A stretch of 64,000 nt of DNA, taken from an uncultured Pelagibacteraceae bacterium (GTDB lineage: Bacteria; Pseudomonadota; Alphaproteobacteria; Pelagibacterales; Pelagibacteraceae). The stretch lies in assembly GCA_902568855.1 (NCBI GenBank), contig CACFSB010000001.1, positions 36,360-100,359 on the forward strand, in the 5' to 3' direction. Positions 10,006 to 19,793 of the stretch are shown here, in pieces. The translations under genes were made by a program, and so were the position numbers. The notes beneath the pieces are model-generated. The model saw only the letters and a list, made by a program, of their open reading frames with translations. It had not been told where the DNA came from and did no database searches. Each line of letters begins with the position of its first letter. Within the stretch, counting starts at the first letter, position 1.

Positions 10006-10560
10006 ATGCCAATACAAACTCCAATATGTGATTTTGGTCAAAAAGCTCATGACTTTAAGCTAAAATCAACAGAGGGTAAAATTCTTTCCTTAGCAGATGT
10101 GAAAGGTGAAAAAGGAACATTAATTATGTTTATCTGTAATCATTGTCCATATGTCAAAGCAGTAACAAAAGATATTGTTGAAGATTGTAAAAAATTAAAA
10201 AATATCGGTGTTAACTCTGTAGCTATTTGCGCTAATGATGCAGAAAATTATCCCGAAGATTCATATGAAAATATGATTAAATTTTCAAAAGAGAACCAAT
10301 TTGGTTTCCCATATTTAGTTGATGAAACTCAAGAAATTGCAAAAACTTATGATGCAGTATGTACTCCAGATTTTTTCGGTTATAATAAAGATTTAGAACT
10401 TCAATACAGAGGAAGAGTTAGAGAACTCAAAAAATTAATTCCAGTTAGAGATGGGGATAGTGATCTTCTAAAAGCCATGATGCAAATTGCTGAAACTAAT
10501 AAAGGACCTGAAAACCAAATTCCAAGTGCTGGATGTGGTATTAAGTGGAAAACTAATTAA
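10006..10560 (+). CDS. Thioredoxin-like AhpC/TSA family protein
   Basis: FICNHCPYV, AVCTPDFF, GCGIKW. Confidence 0.85.
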   Translation: MPIQTPICDFGQKAHDFKLKSTEGKILSLADVKGEKGTLIMFICNHCPYVKAVTKDIVEDCKKLKNIGVNSVAICANDAENYPEDSYENMIKFSKENQFGFPYLVDETQEIAKTYDAVCTPDFFGYNKDLELQYRGRVRELKKLIPVRDGDSDLLKAMMQIAETNKGPENQIPSAGCGIKWKTN

Positions 10561-11642
10561 TGTATCTTATTGTAACAAGATCATTCCCACCAGAATTGGG
10601 TGGAATGCAAAATTTGATGTGGGGGTTATCCCGTGAAATGTCCAAAAATTTTATGATTAAAGTTTTCGCAGATTACCAAGATAATCATATAGATTTTGAT
10701 GAGCAAACCAGTTTTTCAATTGAAAGAGTTGGTGGAATAAAATTTTTAAGAAAAATTAGAAAAGCTCAATTTATTAATGAATTTTTAAAAGAAAATAAAG
10801 TTCAAGGTATTATTGCTGATCACTGGAAAAGTTTAGAGTTAATAAAAACTGATAAAAAAAAGTATTGTTTAATTCATGGTAAAGAGATCAATCATCCAGT
10901 AGGTAGCTCATTGAATAAAAGAGTTGTAAAAATTCTTAATAATGTTGAAAAAGTAATTGCAAATTCTGAGTACACTAAAAATTTAGCTATAAATAATGGT
11001 GTAGACCAAGATAAAGTTGTAGTTATAAATCCTGGGATAGACCCAGTTCAAGAATTAAATAAAAAATCTTTGGAAAAAGTTGAGAGTTTATTAAAAGTCA
11101 AAACACCAAGGCTGGTTACTGTTTCTAGATTTGATAAAAGAAAAAATCATGAAAAAGTAATTATGGCATTAAGAAATTTGAAACAATTATATCCTGACAT
11201 TGTTTATATTTGTATTGGTTATGGTGATGAAGAGGAAAACATAAAAAAATTAGTTGAAGAATTAGATTTAAATTCACAAGTTATGTTCTTTAAAGACATT
11301 AGCAGTGATTTAAAAAATGCATTAATAGCTAAATCTAATATTTTTGTTATGCCATCTATAATCCATAAAACTTCTGTGGAAGGTTTTGGGATAGCTTATT
11401 TGGAAGCAGCACAATATGGAATTCCCTCACTTGGAGGAAAAGATGGTGGTGCATCAGATGCCATAGATCATAACAAAACAGGATTAATTTGTGATGGTAA
11501 CAATCTAGATGACATTTATTCATCATTAAATTCAATGATTGAAAATAAAAAATATGTTGAACTTGGAAAAAATGCTAAAGAGCACGTTTCAAAATTTCAA
11601 TGGGACAAAACTTTAGAGCAATACAAAAAAATTCTTAATTAA
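10560..11642 (+). CDS. Glycosyltransferase family 4
   Basis: FPPELGG, RKNH, EGFGIAYLEA. Confidence 0.9.
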   Translation: MYLIVTRSFPPELGGMQNLMWGLSREMSKNFMIKVFADYQDNHIDFDEQTSFSIERVGGIKFLRKIRKAQFINEFLKENKVQGIIADHWKSLELIKTDKKKYCLIHGKEINHPVGSSLNKRVVKILNNVEKVIANSEYTKNLAINNGVDQDKVVVINPGIDPVQELNKKSLEKVESLLKVKTPRLVTVSRFDKRKNHEKVIMALRNLKQLYPDIVYICIGYGDEEENIKKLVEELDLNSQVMFFKDISSDLKNALIAKSNIFVMPSIIHKTSVEGFGIAYLEAAQYGIPSLGGKDGGASDAIDHNKTGLICDGNNLDDIYSSLNSMIENKKYVELGKNAKEHVSKFQWDKTLEQYKKILN

Positions 11643-12580
11643 TTTAAAGAATTACTTAATCTCTCAAAAACTTTCTCTGCACTTAAATTATTTAAGTCTG
11701 TTACTTCAATTGCTTTAAAATTTTCTCTTTCAATACTCACTTTGTAAGCGGTTGTATGTTTTCCAAATAAAGTTAAACCTTTGGCTCCCACATGAGCAGC
11801 TATATGAGCTGGTCCGGTGTCATTTGCGACTATAAAAGAACTCTCTTTAATTAAACGAGTTAGTTGAGAGATATCGAGTGCTTTTCCATTGTTTAATATA
11901 GCTAAAGCATTAATTTTCTTGGCATCATTTATTTCAGTAGGACCAGGAGCAGTCACAACTTTATATTCATTACCAAATTTATTTAAAATAAGTTTAATAA
12001 GATCATTATAATAAGGCCATTTTTTAATATTTAAATGTGGCGAGCAAAATGGAAATAACAAAATAAATTTTTCTAATTTAAAATAATTTTTAATTTCACC
12101 AATGTCCGAACCCGCCCAACTAAAATCAGGGTTTATTGTATTAGATGTTTTTAATCCAGAAGTTTGGAGTTGATGATTAAATCTGTCTAAAACAGAATGT
12201 TTATCAAATTCTTTTTTATCTATTACTTCTGGCAAAGTTGTAATTGAGCTAGACCATGTTTCTTTTTGTGCTTTAGGAAAAAGAATATTCTTATAAAAAT
12301 TTGTTCTTGAAGAATTTTGAAGGTCGAAAACTTTTGAAAAATTATGTTTCTTAAGATCTCTCATTAAGAAGTATAAGTATATCAGATTATATCTTGGTAA
12401 CCTTTTATCTAGAATTACCTCATGAATAAATGGATTTTTTTTGAAAACTTCTAAATAAGCTTTTGTAGTCAGTAAATAAATTCGATCATTTTTATGATTT
12501 TCAGATATGTCTTGAATTGCACCACTTGCTTGAGCTATATCTCCTAATGATCCGTGTTTTATTATTAAAATATTAGTCAT
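11639..12580 (-). CDS. Glycosyltransferase family 9 (LPS heptosyltransferase-like)
   Basis: IKHGSLGD, DLQ, KKWP, NDTGPAHIA. Confidence 0.9.
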   Translation of the reverse strand: MTNILIIKHGSLGDIAQASGAIQDISENHKNDRIYLLTTKAYLEVFKKNPFIHEVILDKRLPRYNLIYLYFLMRDLKKHNFSKVFDLQNSSRTNFYKNILFPKAQKETWSSSITTLPEVIDKKEFDKHSVLDRFNHQLQTSGLKTSNTINPDFSWAGSDIGEIKNYFKLEKFILLFPFCSPHLNIKKWPYYNDLIKLILNKFGNEYKVVTAPGPTEINDAKKINALAILNNGKALDISQLTRLIKESSFIVANDTGPAHIAAHVGAKGLTLFGKHTTAYKVSIERENFKAIEVTDLNNLSAEKVFERLSNSLN

Positions 12581-12612
12581 ATTTATAACAAGATAGCACA
12601 GTATTAAATTTT

Positions 12613-13002
12613 ATGAATAAAATTATAGTAGAGGTCTCGATAGGTGAGCTTTTAGATAAAATTTCAATTTTAGAAATCAAACAAGAAAAAATTAAAAATC
12701 CAGAAAAACTAAAATTTATTAACAACGAACACTCTATTTTAAAAGATCAGTTGAATAAGAATGTAAAATCTGACGATAAACTTAATGATCTTTATCAATC
12801 ATTAAAAGAAATAAACTCTAAACTATGGATTATTGAGGACGATAAAAGACAATGTGAAAAAGAAAAAGATTTTGGTGAAAAATTTATTAGGCTTTCAAGA
12901 GATGTGCATTTTCTTAATGATGATCGTGCAAAAATAAAATTAGAAATTAATAATCACACCGGTTCAGTTATAAAAGAGATAAAAGAATATACTAGTTACT
13001 AA
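12613..13002 (+). CDS. Conserved protein (DUF6165-like)
   Basis: S.GELLDKISILEIK, N..LW.IED..R, ND.RA.IK..IN. Confidence 0.75.
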   Translation: MNKIIVEVSIGELLDKISILEIKQEKIKNPEKLKFINNEHSILKDQLNKNVKSDDKLNDLYQSLKEINSKLWIIEDDKRQCEKEKDFGEKFIRLSRDVHFLNDDRAKIKLEINNHTGSVIKEIKEYTSY

Positions 13003-13011
13003 ATCAATCTA

Positions 13012-14163
13012 ATGGCGCTTCATTTTTCAAAAGAAGAGTTTTCTAACAGAAAAAATAAAGTTTTAAATTCGATGAAAGAGCAAAACCTTGATGCTCTTTT
13101 AATGTTTAGACAAGAGTCAATGTATTGGTTAACTGGATACGATACCTTTGGTTATGTTTTTTTTCAGACGCTGGTTTTAGATAAAATCGGAAATATAATA
13201 CTGCTCACAAGAGCTCCTGATTTAAGACAAGCTCAAAATACATCCAACATAGAAGATATTAGGATATGGATTGATAAAGATGGATCAAATCCAACTGATG
13301 ATCTTAAAAATATTTTGAATGAATTAAATCTTAAAGGAAAAAAAATAGGTATTGAATATGAGGCTTATGGTTTAACTGGACGTAATGCTCTAAGATTAAA
13401 TAAATCTTTAGAAAATTATTGTTCTCTTGAAGATAAATCAGACTTGATAACAAAATTACGAGTTGTAAAATCTAAAGAAGAAATTGTTTATGTCAAAAAA
13501 GCTGCAGAGCTTGCGGATAAAGCATTAGAGGAAGTATGGAAACATGCAAAAGCTGGTGTTAGTGAATCTAAGATATTAGCAGAAATGAACAGAGTTATAT
13601 TTGAAGGTGGTGGAGATTATCCTGCTAATGAATTTATAATTGGTTCTGGTAATAATGCACTCCTTTGTCGTTATCAAGCAGAAAAACAAATTTTAAACAA
13701 GCAAGATCAATTAACTGTTGAATGGGCTGGTACTTATAGACATTACCATTCTGCAATGTTTAGAACAATTCCTATTGGTAAAGCAGATCCTAATCACTAC
13801 AAAATGCATGAGGCCTGTATTGAGGCCCTTAAAAAATGTGAAAATAAATTAAAACCTGGTAATAAAGTTGGAGAAGTTTTTGATATTCATGCGAAAACGT
13901 TTGATGACCTTGGTTTTAAAAAAGCTCGAATGAACGCTTGTGGTTACTCATTAGGAAATACTTTTTCTCCGAACTGGATGGATTGGCCGATGATATATAC
14001 AAATAATCCTTATATTATTCAGCCTGGGAATATTTTTTTTATGCATATGATATTAATGGACTCTGAAAACCAATTAGCCATGAACCTAGGTGAAACCTAT
14101 TTAGTCACAGGAGATGGTAATGAAAGACTCGGTAAACAAAAGTTAGATTTAGTAGTTCTTTAA
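13012..14163 (+). CDS. M24 / creatinase-like hydrolase (Xaa-Pro peptidase family, DoeA-like)
   Basis: YWLTGY N-domain, R.VKS.EEI, GYSLG...P.W. Confidence 0.8.
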   Translation: MALHFSKEEFSNRKNKVLNSMKEQNLDALLMFRQESMYWLTGYDTFGYVFFQTLVLDKIGNIILLTRAPDLRQAQNTSNIEDIRIWIDKDGSNPTDDLKNILNELNLKGKKIGIEYEAYGLTGRNALRLNKSLENYCSLEDKSDLITKLRVVKSKEEIVYVKKAAELADKALEEVWKHAKAGVSESKILAEMNRVIFEGGGDYPANEFIIGSGNNALLCRYQAEKQILNKQDQLTVEWAGTYRHYHSAMFRTIPIGKADPNHYKMHEACIEALKKCENKLKPGNKVGEVFDIHAKTFDDLGFKKARMNACGYSLGNTFSPNWMDWPMIYTNNPYIIQPGNIFFMHMILMDSENQLAMNLGETYLVTGDGNERLGKQKLDLVVL

Positions 14164-14834
14164 TTAAAACTATATTTTTTCTCTAAAAATTTAATTAAAT
14201 TGTGAATAATAAAAGTCATAAATAGATAAATTCCACCAGCAACTATAAATACTTCAATCGGTTTAAAAGTTGTTGAAATTATATACTTTGCAACACCTGT
14301 AAGGTCCATTATGGTGACTGTGCTCGCTAAAGAAGTTCCTTTCATCATCAGGATAATTTCATTTCCATAAGCTGGTAAAGATTGTCTGATAGCAATAGGT
14401 ATCTGAATTTTATGAAAGATTACTTTGTTTGAGATACCTAAACTTTTACCTGCCTCTATTATCCCAGGTTTAATTGTTTGAAATGCTGATCTTAATATCT
14501 CTGAGGTGTAGGCACCTGTGTTTAAAGCAAAGGCTATAATTGCACACCAATATGGTTCTTTTAAAATTACCCATAAGACTGTCGATCTTAAATATTCAAT
14601 TTGACCCAATCCAAAATAAATAATGAATATTTGTACTAAAAGAGGTGTGCCCCTAAAAATATATGAATATCCATAAGCAAATCTATTGATTAATATATTC
14701 TTATTTAATCTTAGAATTGCAAAAAATAATCCAATAAATAATCCTATAATTAGAGAAACTGAAAGAAGTTTTAAAGTTATCACTGCTGCACTTAATAATT
14801 TAGGGAAACTGTTAGTCATTAATTCAAGATCCAT
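14160..14834 (-). CDS. Polar amino acid ABC permease (HisM-like)
   Basis: FRGTPLLVQ, AYTSEILR, KGTSLAS. Confidence 0.92.
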   Translation of the reverse strand: MDLELMTNSFPKLLSAAVITLKLLSVSLIIGLFIGLFFAILRLNKNILINRFAYGYSYIFRGTPLLVQIFIIYFGLGQIEYLRSTVLWVILKEPYWCAIIAFALNTGAYTSEILRSAFQTIKPGIIEAGKSLGISNKVIFHKIQIPIAIRQSLPAYGNEIILMMKGTSLASTVTIMDLTGVAKYIISTTFKPIEVFIVAGGIYLFMTFIIHNLIKFLEKKYSFN

Positions 14835-15526
14835 TAGTACCCCCTACTATATTTGACTTCTAATCTATTGATTAATTTCATGCTTACAAAAGTGAGTAGT
14901 AAATACAAAACTGCAGCAAATGAATAAAAGAATAATGGATCTCTTGTTGATCCAGCAGCAATATAAGATTGTCTCATGATTTCAACTAAACCTGTAACTG
15001 AAATTAAAGAAGTGTCTTTGAGTGTAATCTGCCAAACATTACTTAGATTTGGAATAGCTAATCTTAGTGTTTGAGGTAAAATAATTTTAAAAAATTTTCC
15101 AAATTTATTTAGCCCTAATACATTTGCAGCTTCAAACTGGCCTTTATCAATTGATTGAATTGCTCCCCTAAAAACTTCTGTCGAATAAGCGCCAGAGATT
15201 ATTCCGATTGCAAATGCACCTGTAATAAATGCATTTATTTCAATATATTCATTATAACCAAATATTGATGCAACAAACATGACTGCACCAGTTCCACCAA
15301 AAAAGAAAAGGTAAATTACTAATAATTCCGGAACACCTCTTATTATAGTTGTGTAAGAGTTGGCGATAAAATTTAAAAACTTATTTTTAGATAATTTTAA
15401 TGGAGTAAAGATTAATGCAAAAAGAAAACCTATAAACATTGCTGTTATTGAAACAGCTATGGTCATCAGGGTTGCGTAAAATAATTCATCACCCCAACCA
15501 GTATCTCCGAATGCTAGAAGTTCCAT
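14834..15526 (-). CDS. Polar amino acid ABC permease (HisQ-like)
   Basis: RGVPEL, AYSTEVFRGA, GQFEAA, KDTSL. Confidence 0.92.
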   Translation of the reverse strand: MELLAFGDTGWGDELFYATLMTIAVSITAMFIGFLFALIFTPLKLSKNKFLNFIANSYTTIIRGVPELLVIYLFFFGGTGAVMFVASIFGYNEYIEINAFITGAFAIGIISGAYSTEVFRGAIQSIDKGQFEAANVLGLNKFGKFFKIILPQTLRLAIPNLSNVWQITLKDTSLISVTGLVEIMRQSYIAAGSTRDPLFFYSFAAVLYLLLTFVSMKLINRLEVKYSRGY

Positions 15527-15532
15527 ACAGAC

Positions 15533-15557
15533 TGGCGACTATACATGATAGTCGCCA
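15533..15557 (-). promoter_or_regulatory. Intergenic stem-loop after the binding-protein gene (mRNA stabiliser or weak terminator)
   Basis: TGGCGACTAT / ATAGTCGCCA 10-bp perfect inverted repeat, no T tract. Confidence 0.6.
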
Positions 15558-15571
15558 AATCTAAAATTTAA

Positions 15572-16405
15572 TTACATAGAAGCGTCGAAACCAAACCACT
15601 TAGTAGCAATTCTACTAATGTCTCCGTTTTTTCTCGCTTTATTGATAGCGGCATTAAACTTTTTCAAAAGTTCAGTATCATCTTTTCTAATACCTACTCC
15701 AACACCGTTTCCAAATGCACCACCTGAGAAAGTTGGTCCAGTTAAAACAACTGGCTTACCAGATTTTTCTGCATAATCACTGAAAGCAACAGCAGCAGCT
15801 AATGCAGCATCACATCTTCCTGATGCTAAATCTAGGTTAACTTCGTCTTGTGTTTTATAAGTTCTAACATTTACTTTTCCTACATCACCAGAGTCTAAAA
15901 AGTTTTGATGAATTGTAGCAGTTTGTACACAAACAGTTTTACCTGCTAATGCAGCAGTAAGTGTTTTAAGATCTTTTTTAGCTGCAGCATTTGGTTTTGT
16001 AAGATTTATCCCAGCAGATGTATCTAAACCTTCAAGGCTAGATCCTTTCATGACTGCTAAAGATGCAACCTCATCTGCATATCCTTGAGAAAAGCTAATA
16101 GCTTTTTGTCTTTCTGCAGTAATTGACATACCTGCCATTATTGCATCAAACTTTCTCATGATTAGAGCTGGGATCATTCCATCCCAATCTTGCTCAACTA
16201 TTACACATTGCTGTCCAATGTATCTACATAGCGTGTAAGCTAATTCAACTTCGAAACCTATTAACTTACCTGCTTCATTTTTTGAGTTCCATGGAGGATA
16301 AGCACCCTCTGTTCCAATTCTTATTTTATCAGCATTAACATTCCCCATTACCAATAGAGAAAGTAAAACTGAAAAAATAGTTTTCTTGAATATATTCATT
16401 GTCAT
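15572..16405 (-). CDS. Basic amino acid (Arg/Lys/His-type) ABC substrate-binding protein
   Basis: GTEGAYPPWN, QDWDGMIPAL, GMSITAER. Confidence 0.9.
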   Translation of the reverse strand: MTMNIFKKTIFSVLLSLLVMGNVNADKIRIGTEGAYPPWNSKNEAGKLIGFEVELAYTLCRYIGQQCVIVEQDWDGMIPALIMRKFDAIMAGMSITAERQKAISFSQGYADEVASLAVMKGSSLEGLDTSAGINLTKPNAAAKKDLKTLTAALAGKTVCVQTATIHQNFLDSGDVGKVNVRTYKTQDEVNLDLASGRCDAALAAAVAFSDYAEKSGKPVVLTGPTFSGGAFGNGVGVGIRKDDTELLKKFNAAINKARKNGDISRIATKWFGFDASM

Positions 16406-16460
16406 CTCCTTTAATAAAAAAAATAGTATTTCACAGATTGTTGATATTAAAAAGAAAAAA

Positions 16461-17501
16461 TTAGTGGTTTATCGAAGAAGAGAAATTCCAAGAACAATCA
16501 AAACTAGGTATGTAAACTCTGGATAAATTAGTGTTTCCAAAATGATGATTAAATACATTCAACCAATTTTCAACTTGAAGAGGTTTTTTATCCTGACTTC
16601 CCACTTGGGCAGTAATTACTCCTTTAGGTTTAAGTATTCTCACTAGAGAGTCCATATTTTTAGCAGCAAGGTCTATACAAAACTGGTCATCATTTAGATC
16701 AACAAAAATATGATCATATGTATCCTCATTAACCGACTTTATGCTCTCAAAAGCATCGCCCCAAACACATTTTACAGAATTTTTTTCTGTAGCTTTTCTT
16801 CCAATATCACCCAAATGTTTATTGCAAACATCTACAACTTCTGGATCTAATTCATACCAATCTATAAAATTAAACTTTTTTGATATACATTCTCTTGCAA
16901 CACCACCATCACCACCACCGATTATTGCTGCTCTTTCATTTTTTTTATTTAATTTTAAGCCAGCCCCTACAAAAGTAGAGCTATATAAATGTTCATCTGA
17001 TGCTGCTACTTGTATTTCACCATCAATAAATAAAGACTTTCCAAATTGCTCTAATTCTAAAATTTCAATATGTTGACCAACTTTTGAATTAAAATCTTCT
17101 AAAACCTCATTTACAACATATGATTTTTGTAATCCAGGTGAACTATAAATATCATGGTAAAGAGATCTGGTATCTCTATTAAATTCTTTTTTAACAATTC
17201 TTTTATGTTCAAATTCTTTTTTAACAATATCAATTGCCACTGATGGACTTATTTTTCCACAGGTAAAAAAATCAAAACTAATTATTCCTTTTTCTGGAAA
17301 TGTATGAAAGCTGATATGACTTTCAGCTAATAAAGCTAAAATTGTAAAGCCCTGAGGTTCAAATTTATATTTAGAAATATTAAGGATAGTTACATTTGCT
17401 GCTTTAGCTATTTTATGTATAACCCTTTCAAAGACTGAAGGATCGTACTCTTTAGTAGTACCTATAATATCTAAAGTAATATGCTCCCCAACTTTAATCA
17501 T
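16461..17501 (-). CDS. Fused S-adenosylmethionine decarboxylase (SpeD) and aminopropyltransferase (SpeE)
   Basis: N-terminal LAESHISFHTFPE...DFFTCG pyruvoyl motif; C-terminal IIGGGDGG, ELDPEVV. Confidence 0.9.
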   Translation of the reverse strand: MIKVGEHITLDIIGTTKEYDPSVFERVIHKIAKAANVTILNISKYKFEPQGFTILALLAESHISFHTFPEKGIISFDFFTCGKISPSVAIDIVKKEFEHKRIVKKEFNRDTRSLYHDIYSSPGLQKSYVVNEVLEDFNSKVGQHIEILELEQFGKSLFIDGEIQVAASDEHLYSSTFVGAGLKLNKKNERAAIIGGGDGGVARECISKKFNFIDWYELDPEVVDVCNKHLGDIGRKATEKNSVKCVWGDAFESIKSVNEDTYDHIFVDLNDDQFCIDLAAKNMDSLVRILKPKGVITAQVGSQDKKPLQVENWLNVFNHHFGNTNLSRVYIPSFDCSWNFSSSINH

Positions 17502-17502
17502 C

Positions 17503-18156
17503 TTACCCTTTTTTATAGTTTTTAGTCTTATCTAAAACTTTTTTCATTTCTTCAAATGAAAGAATCTTAGGTTGTCCTAACTTTAGAGCAATAGTGTATT
17601 GATGACAAATATTTTCTATCTCTTGTGCAAGTTCAAATGCATCCTCTAAATTTTTTCCAAAAGCAACCTGACCGTGATTAGACATTAAGCAAGCACTTCT
17701 ATTCTCTAAAGCTTTGATAACATTTTTAGATAACTCTTCTGTTCCAAAAGTAGCGTATTCTGCACATTTAATGTCATCTCCGCCTGCAAGAGCAATCATA
17801 TAATGAAATGATGGAATTGGTTTTCCATGTGAAGATACAGCTGTAGCGTGTGGAGAATGAGCATGAACAATAGCCTGTGCTTCTTTTTTATTTGAATAAA
17901 TATCACGATGAAATCTCCATTCGGAAGAGGGCTTATTGTTTGAAACTTTTTTTTCATCTTCATTTAAACCCATAAAAACAATGTCTTCAGGTTTTAATGT
18001 TTCATATTTTTTTCCAGATGGAGTAATTAAGTAACCCTCTACATTGTTTTCCTTTCCCCTCAAAGATATGTTACCAGATCTTAATGGTGAAAGATTTGTA
18101 GAATTTAATTTTAACGAATATTCAATAATCTGATTTCTTTGATCTAAATTCCTCAT
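17503..18156 (-). CDS. Class II aldolase/adducin family (FucA/Ald2-like)
   Basis: GNIS, ITPSG, PSSEWRFH, VHAHS, NHG. Confidence 0.88.
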   Translation of the reverse strand: MRNLDQRNQIIEYSLKLNSTNLSPLRSGNISLRGKENNVEGYLITPSGKKYETLKPEDIVFMGLNEDEKKVSNNKPSSEWRFHRDIYSNKKEAQAIVHAHSPHATAVSSHGKPIPSFHYMIALAGGDDIKCAEYATFGTEELSKNVIKALENRSACLMSNHGQVAFGKNLEDAFELAQEIENICHQYTIALKLGQPKILSFEEMKKVLDKTKNYKKG

Positions 18157-18503
18157 TTAAATAATTCTTTAAGTCCTTTTTCTGAAGCTTCACATACTCC
18201 TTTTTCAGTAATCAATCCCGTAACATATTTTGCTGGAGTCACATCGAAAGCTAAATTCATAGCTTTACTTTTTTTTGGATAAATTTGTATTTTCTTTATT
18301 TCTCCTTTTTCGTCTAAACCTTCAACATGAGATAATTCATCTGAATTTCTCTCTTCAATTGGAATATCTTTATGATCTTTTATATTCCAATCAATTGTTG
18401 AACTTGGAAGTGCAACATAAAAAGGAATGTTGTTATCATGAGCTGCTAGTGCTTTAAGATAAGTTCCAACCTTATTACAAACATCTCCAGTAGCAAGAAT
18501 TCT
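18153..18503 (-). pseudogene. mtnA: 3' fragment (about 116 codons) of methylthioribose-1-phosphate isomerase; not in the ORF track
   Basis: Manual translation RILATGDVCNKVGTYLKALAAHDNNIPFYVALPSSTID...IPIEER...FDVTPAKYVTGLITEKG...LFK*; stop overlaps the aldolase ATG; 5' part absent. Confidence 0.88.
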
Positions 18504-19065
18504 GTTGAAATATTTGAAATTTCCTATCGCAGCACCTAGTGCAAATATATCTTCAAGAGTTAGTGCAGTAACTTCTTCAGATGTAAAAGACGATTTTGGA
18601 AAAAAAATTAAGTATATACTTGAAGGTGGAAGATCCTCGGTTGGGGTTGAGTCTACAATTATTGATCTAAGAAAAAAACCAAAAATTTTAAGATTAGGTG
18701 GTTTAGAAGTTGGAACTATCCAAAAAATATTAAAGAAGAAAATTTCAATAAATACAAATCCTTCAAAGATTTCAGCTCCTGGCCAATTAAAAATTCATTA
18801 TTCACCTGGAATCCCAATCAGACTTAATGTTAAAAAAATAAAAAAAGATGAGGCTTTTTTACTAATTAGGAAAAATAAGATTAACAAAACGAACTATTAT
18901 TTTTTATCAAAAAAAGGCGATTTAAAAGAAGCTGCAAAAAATTTGTATACCATTTTGAGAAAGATAAAAAAAGATAATTACAAATCTATAGCTGTAGACA
19001 AAATCCCAAATATAGGAATCGGCAAAACTATTAACGATAGATTAATAAGGGCTTCAAAATTTTAA
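18487..19065 (+). pseudogene. tsaC: C-terminal part of threonylcarbamoyl-AMP synthase (Sua5/TsaC); N-terminus missing
   Basis: PVARILL...AAPSAN, GVESTI, APGQ...HYSP, INDRL.RAS; lacks the N-terminal PTETVYG region. Confidence 0.85.
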
Positions 19066-19793
19066 TGACTATTCCTCTTGAAATAATTGATTTATCAAAA
19101 ACTTATGACACAAAAGAAGCTGTTCGAGATATTTCCTTTAAAGTAAATGAAAATGAAATCATTGGAATTCTTGGACCTAACGGATGCGGTAAAACTACAA
19201 CAATAGGTATGATACTAGGTTTACTAAAGCCTACTAAAGGGAAGGTTCTTATAAATGGTATTGAAATTGAAAAACAAAGAGTTGAATTATTAAATAAATT
19301 AAATTTTATTTCACCATATATTGAGTTACCAAAAAAATTAACTGTAAAACAAAATCTTGAAGTTTATGGAAGACTTTATGATGTTAAAGAACTTGGAATT
19401 AAAATTGATTATCTTTGTGAAAAATTAAGGCTTAATGAATTTATTAATAAAATAACAGGAGAACTTTCCTCTGGTCAAAAAAATAGGGTCAGTCTAGCTA
19501 AATCAATAATTAATGATCCATCAGTTCTTCTTCTTGATGAACCAACTGCATCTCTAGATCCTGAAACAGGAGATTTTGTTAGGAGTTTTTTAGAGGAATA
19601 CCAAAAAGAAAAAAAAACCTCTATTCTGCTTGCTTCGCATAACATGGTAGAAGTTGAGAGATTATGTTCTTCAGTTCTAATGATGAATAAAGGATCTATT
19701 ATTGATCAAGGAACTCCTGGCGAATTAATTAAGAAACATGGAAGGAGAAATATGGAGGAAGTTTTTTTAAAACTTACAAGAGATTTAATATGA
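19065..19793 (+). CDS. ABC transporter ATP-binding protein
   Basis: GPNGCGKTT, LSSGQ, LLLDEP. Confidence 0.92.
   Translation: MTIPLEIIDLSKTYDTKEAVRDISFKVNENEIIGILGPNGCGKTTTIGMILGLLKPTKGKVLINGIEIEKQRVELLNKLNFISPYIELPKKLTVKQNLEVYGRLYDVKELGIKIDYLCEKLRLNEFINKITGELSSGQKNRVSLAKSIINDPSVLLLDEPTASLDPETGDFVRSFLEEYQKEKKTSILLASHNMVEVERLCSSVLMMNKGSIIDQGTPGELIKKHGRRNMEEVFLKLTRDLI

Noticed and set aside
18275-18457. 60-aa plus-strand ORF in an apparent gap
   Set aside because: The region is the minus-strand mtnA fragment
18505-19065. Complete short TsaC starting at TTG 18505
   Set aside because: Homology continues upstream of the TTG and the catalytic N-terminal region is missing, so it is a fragment
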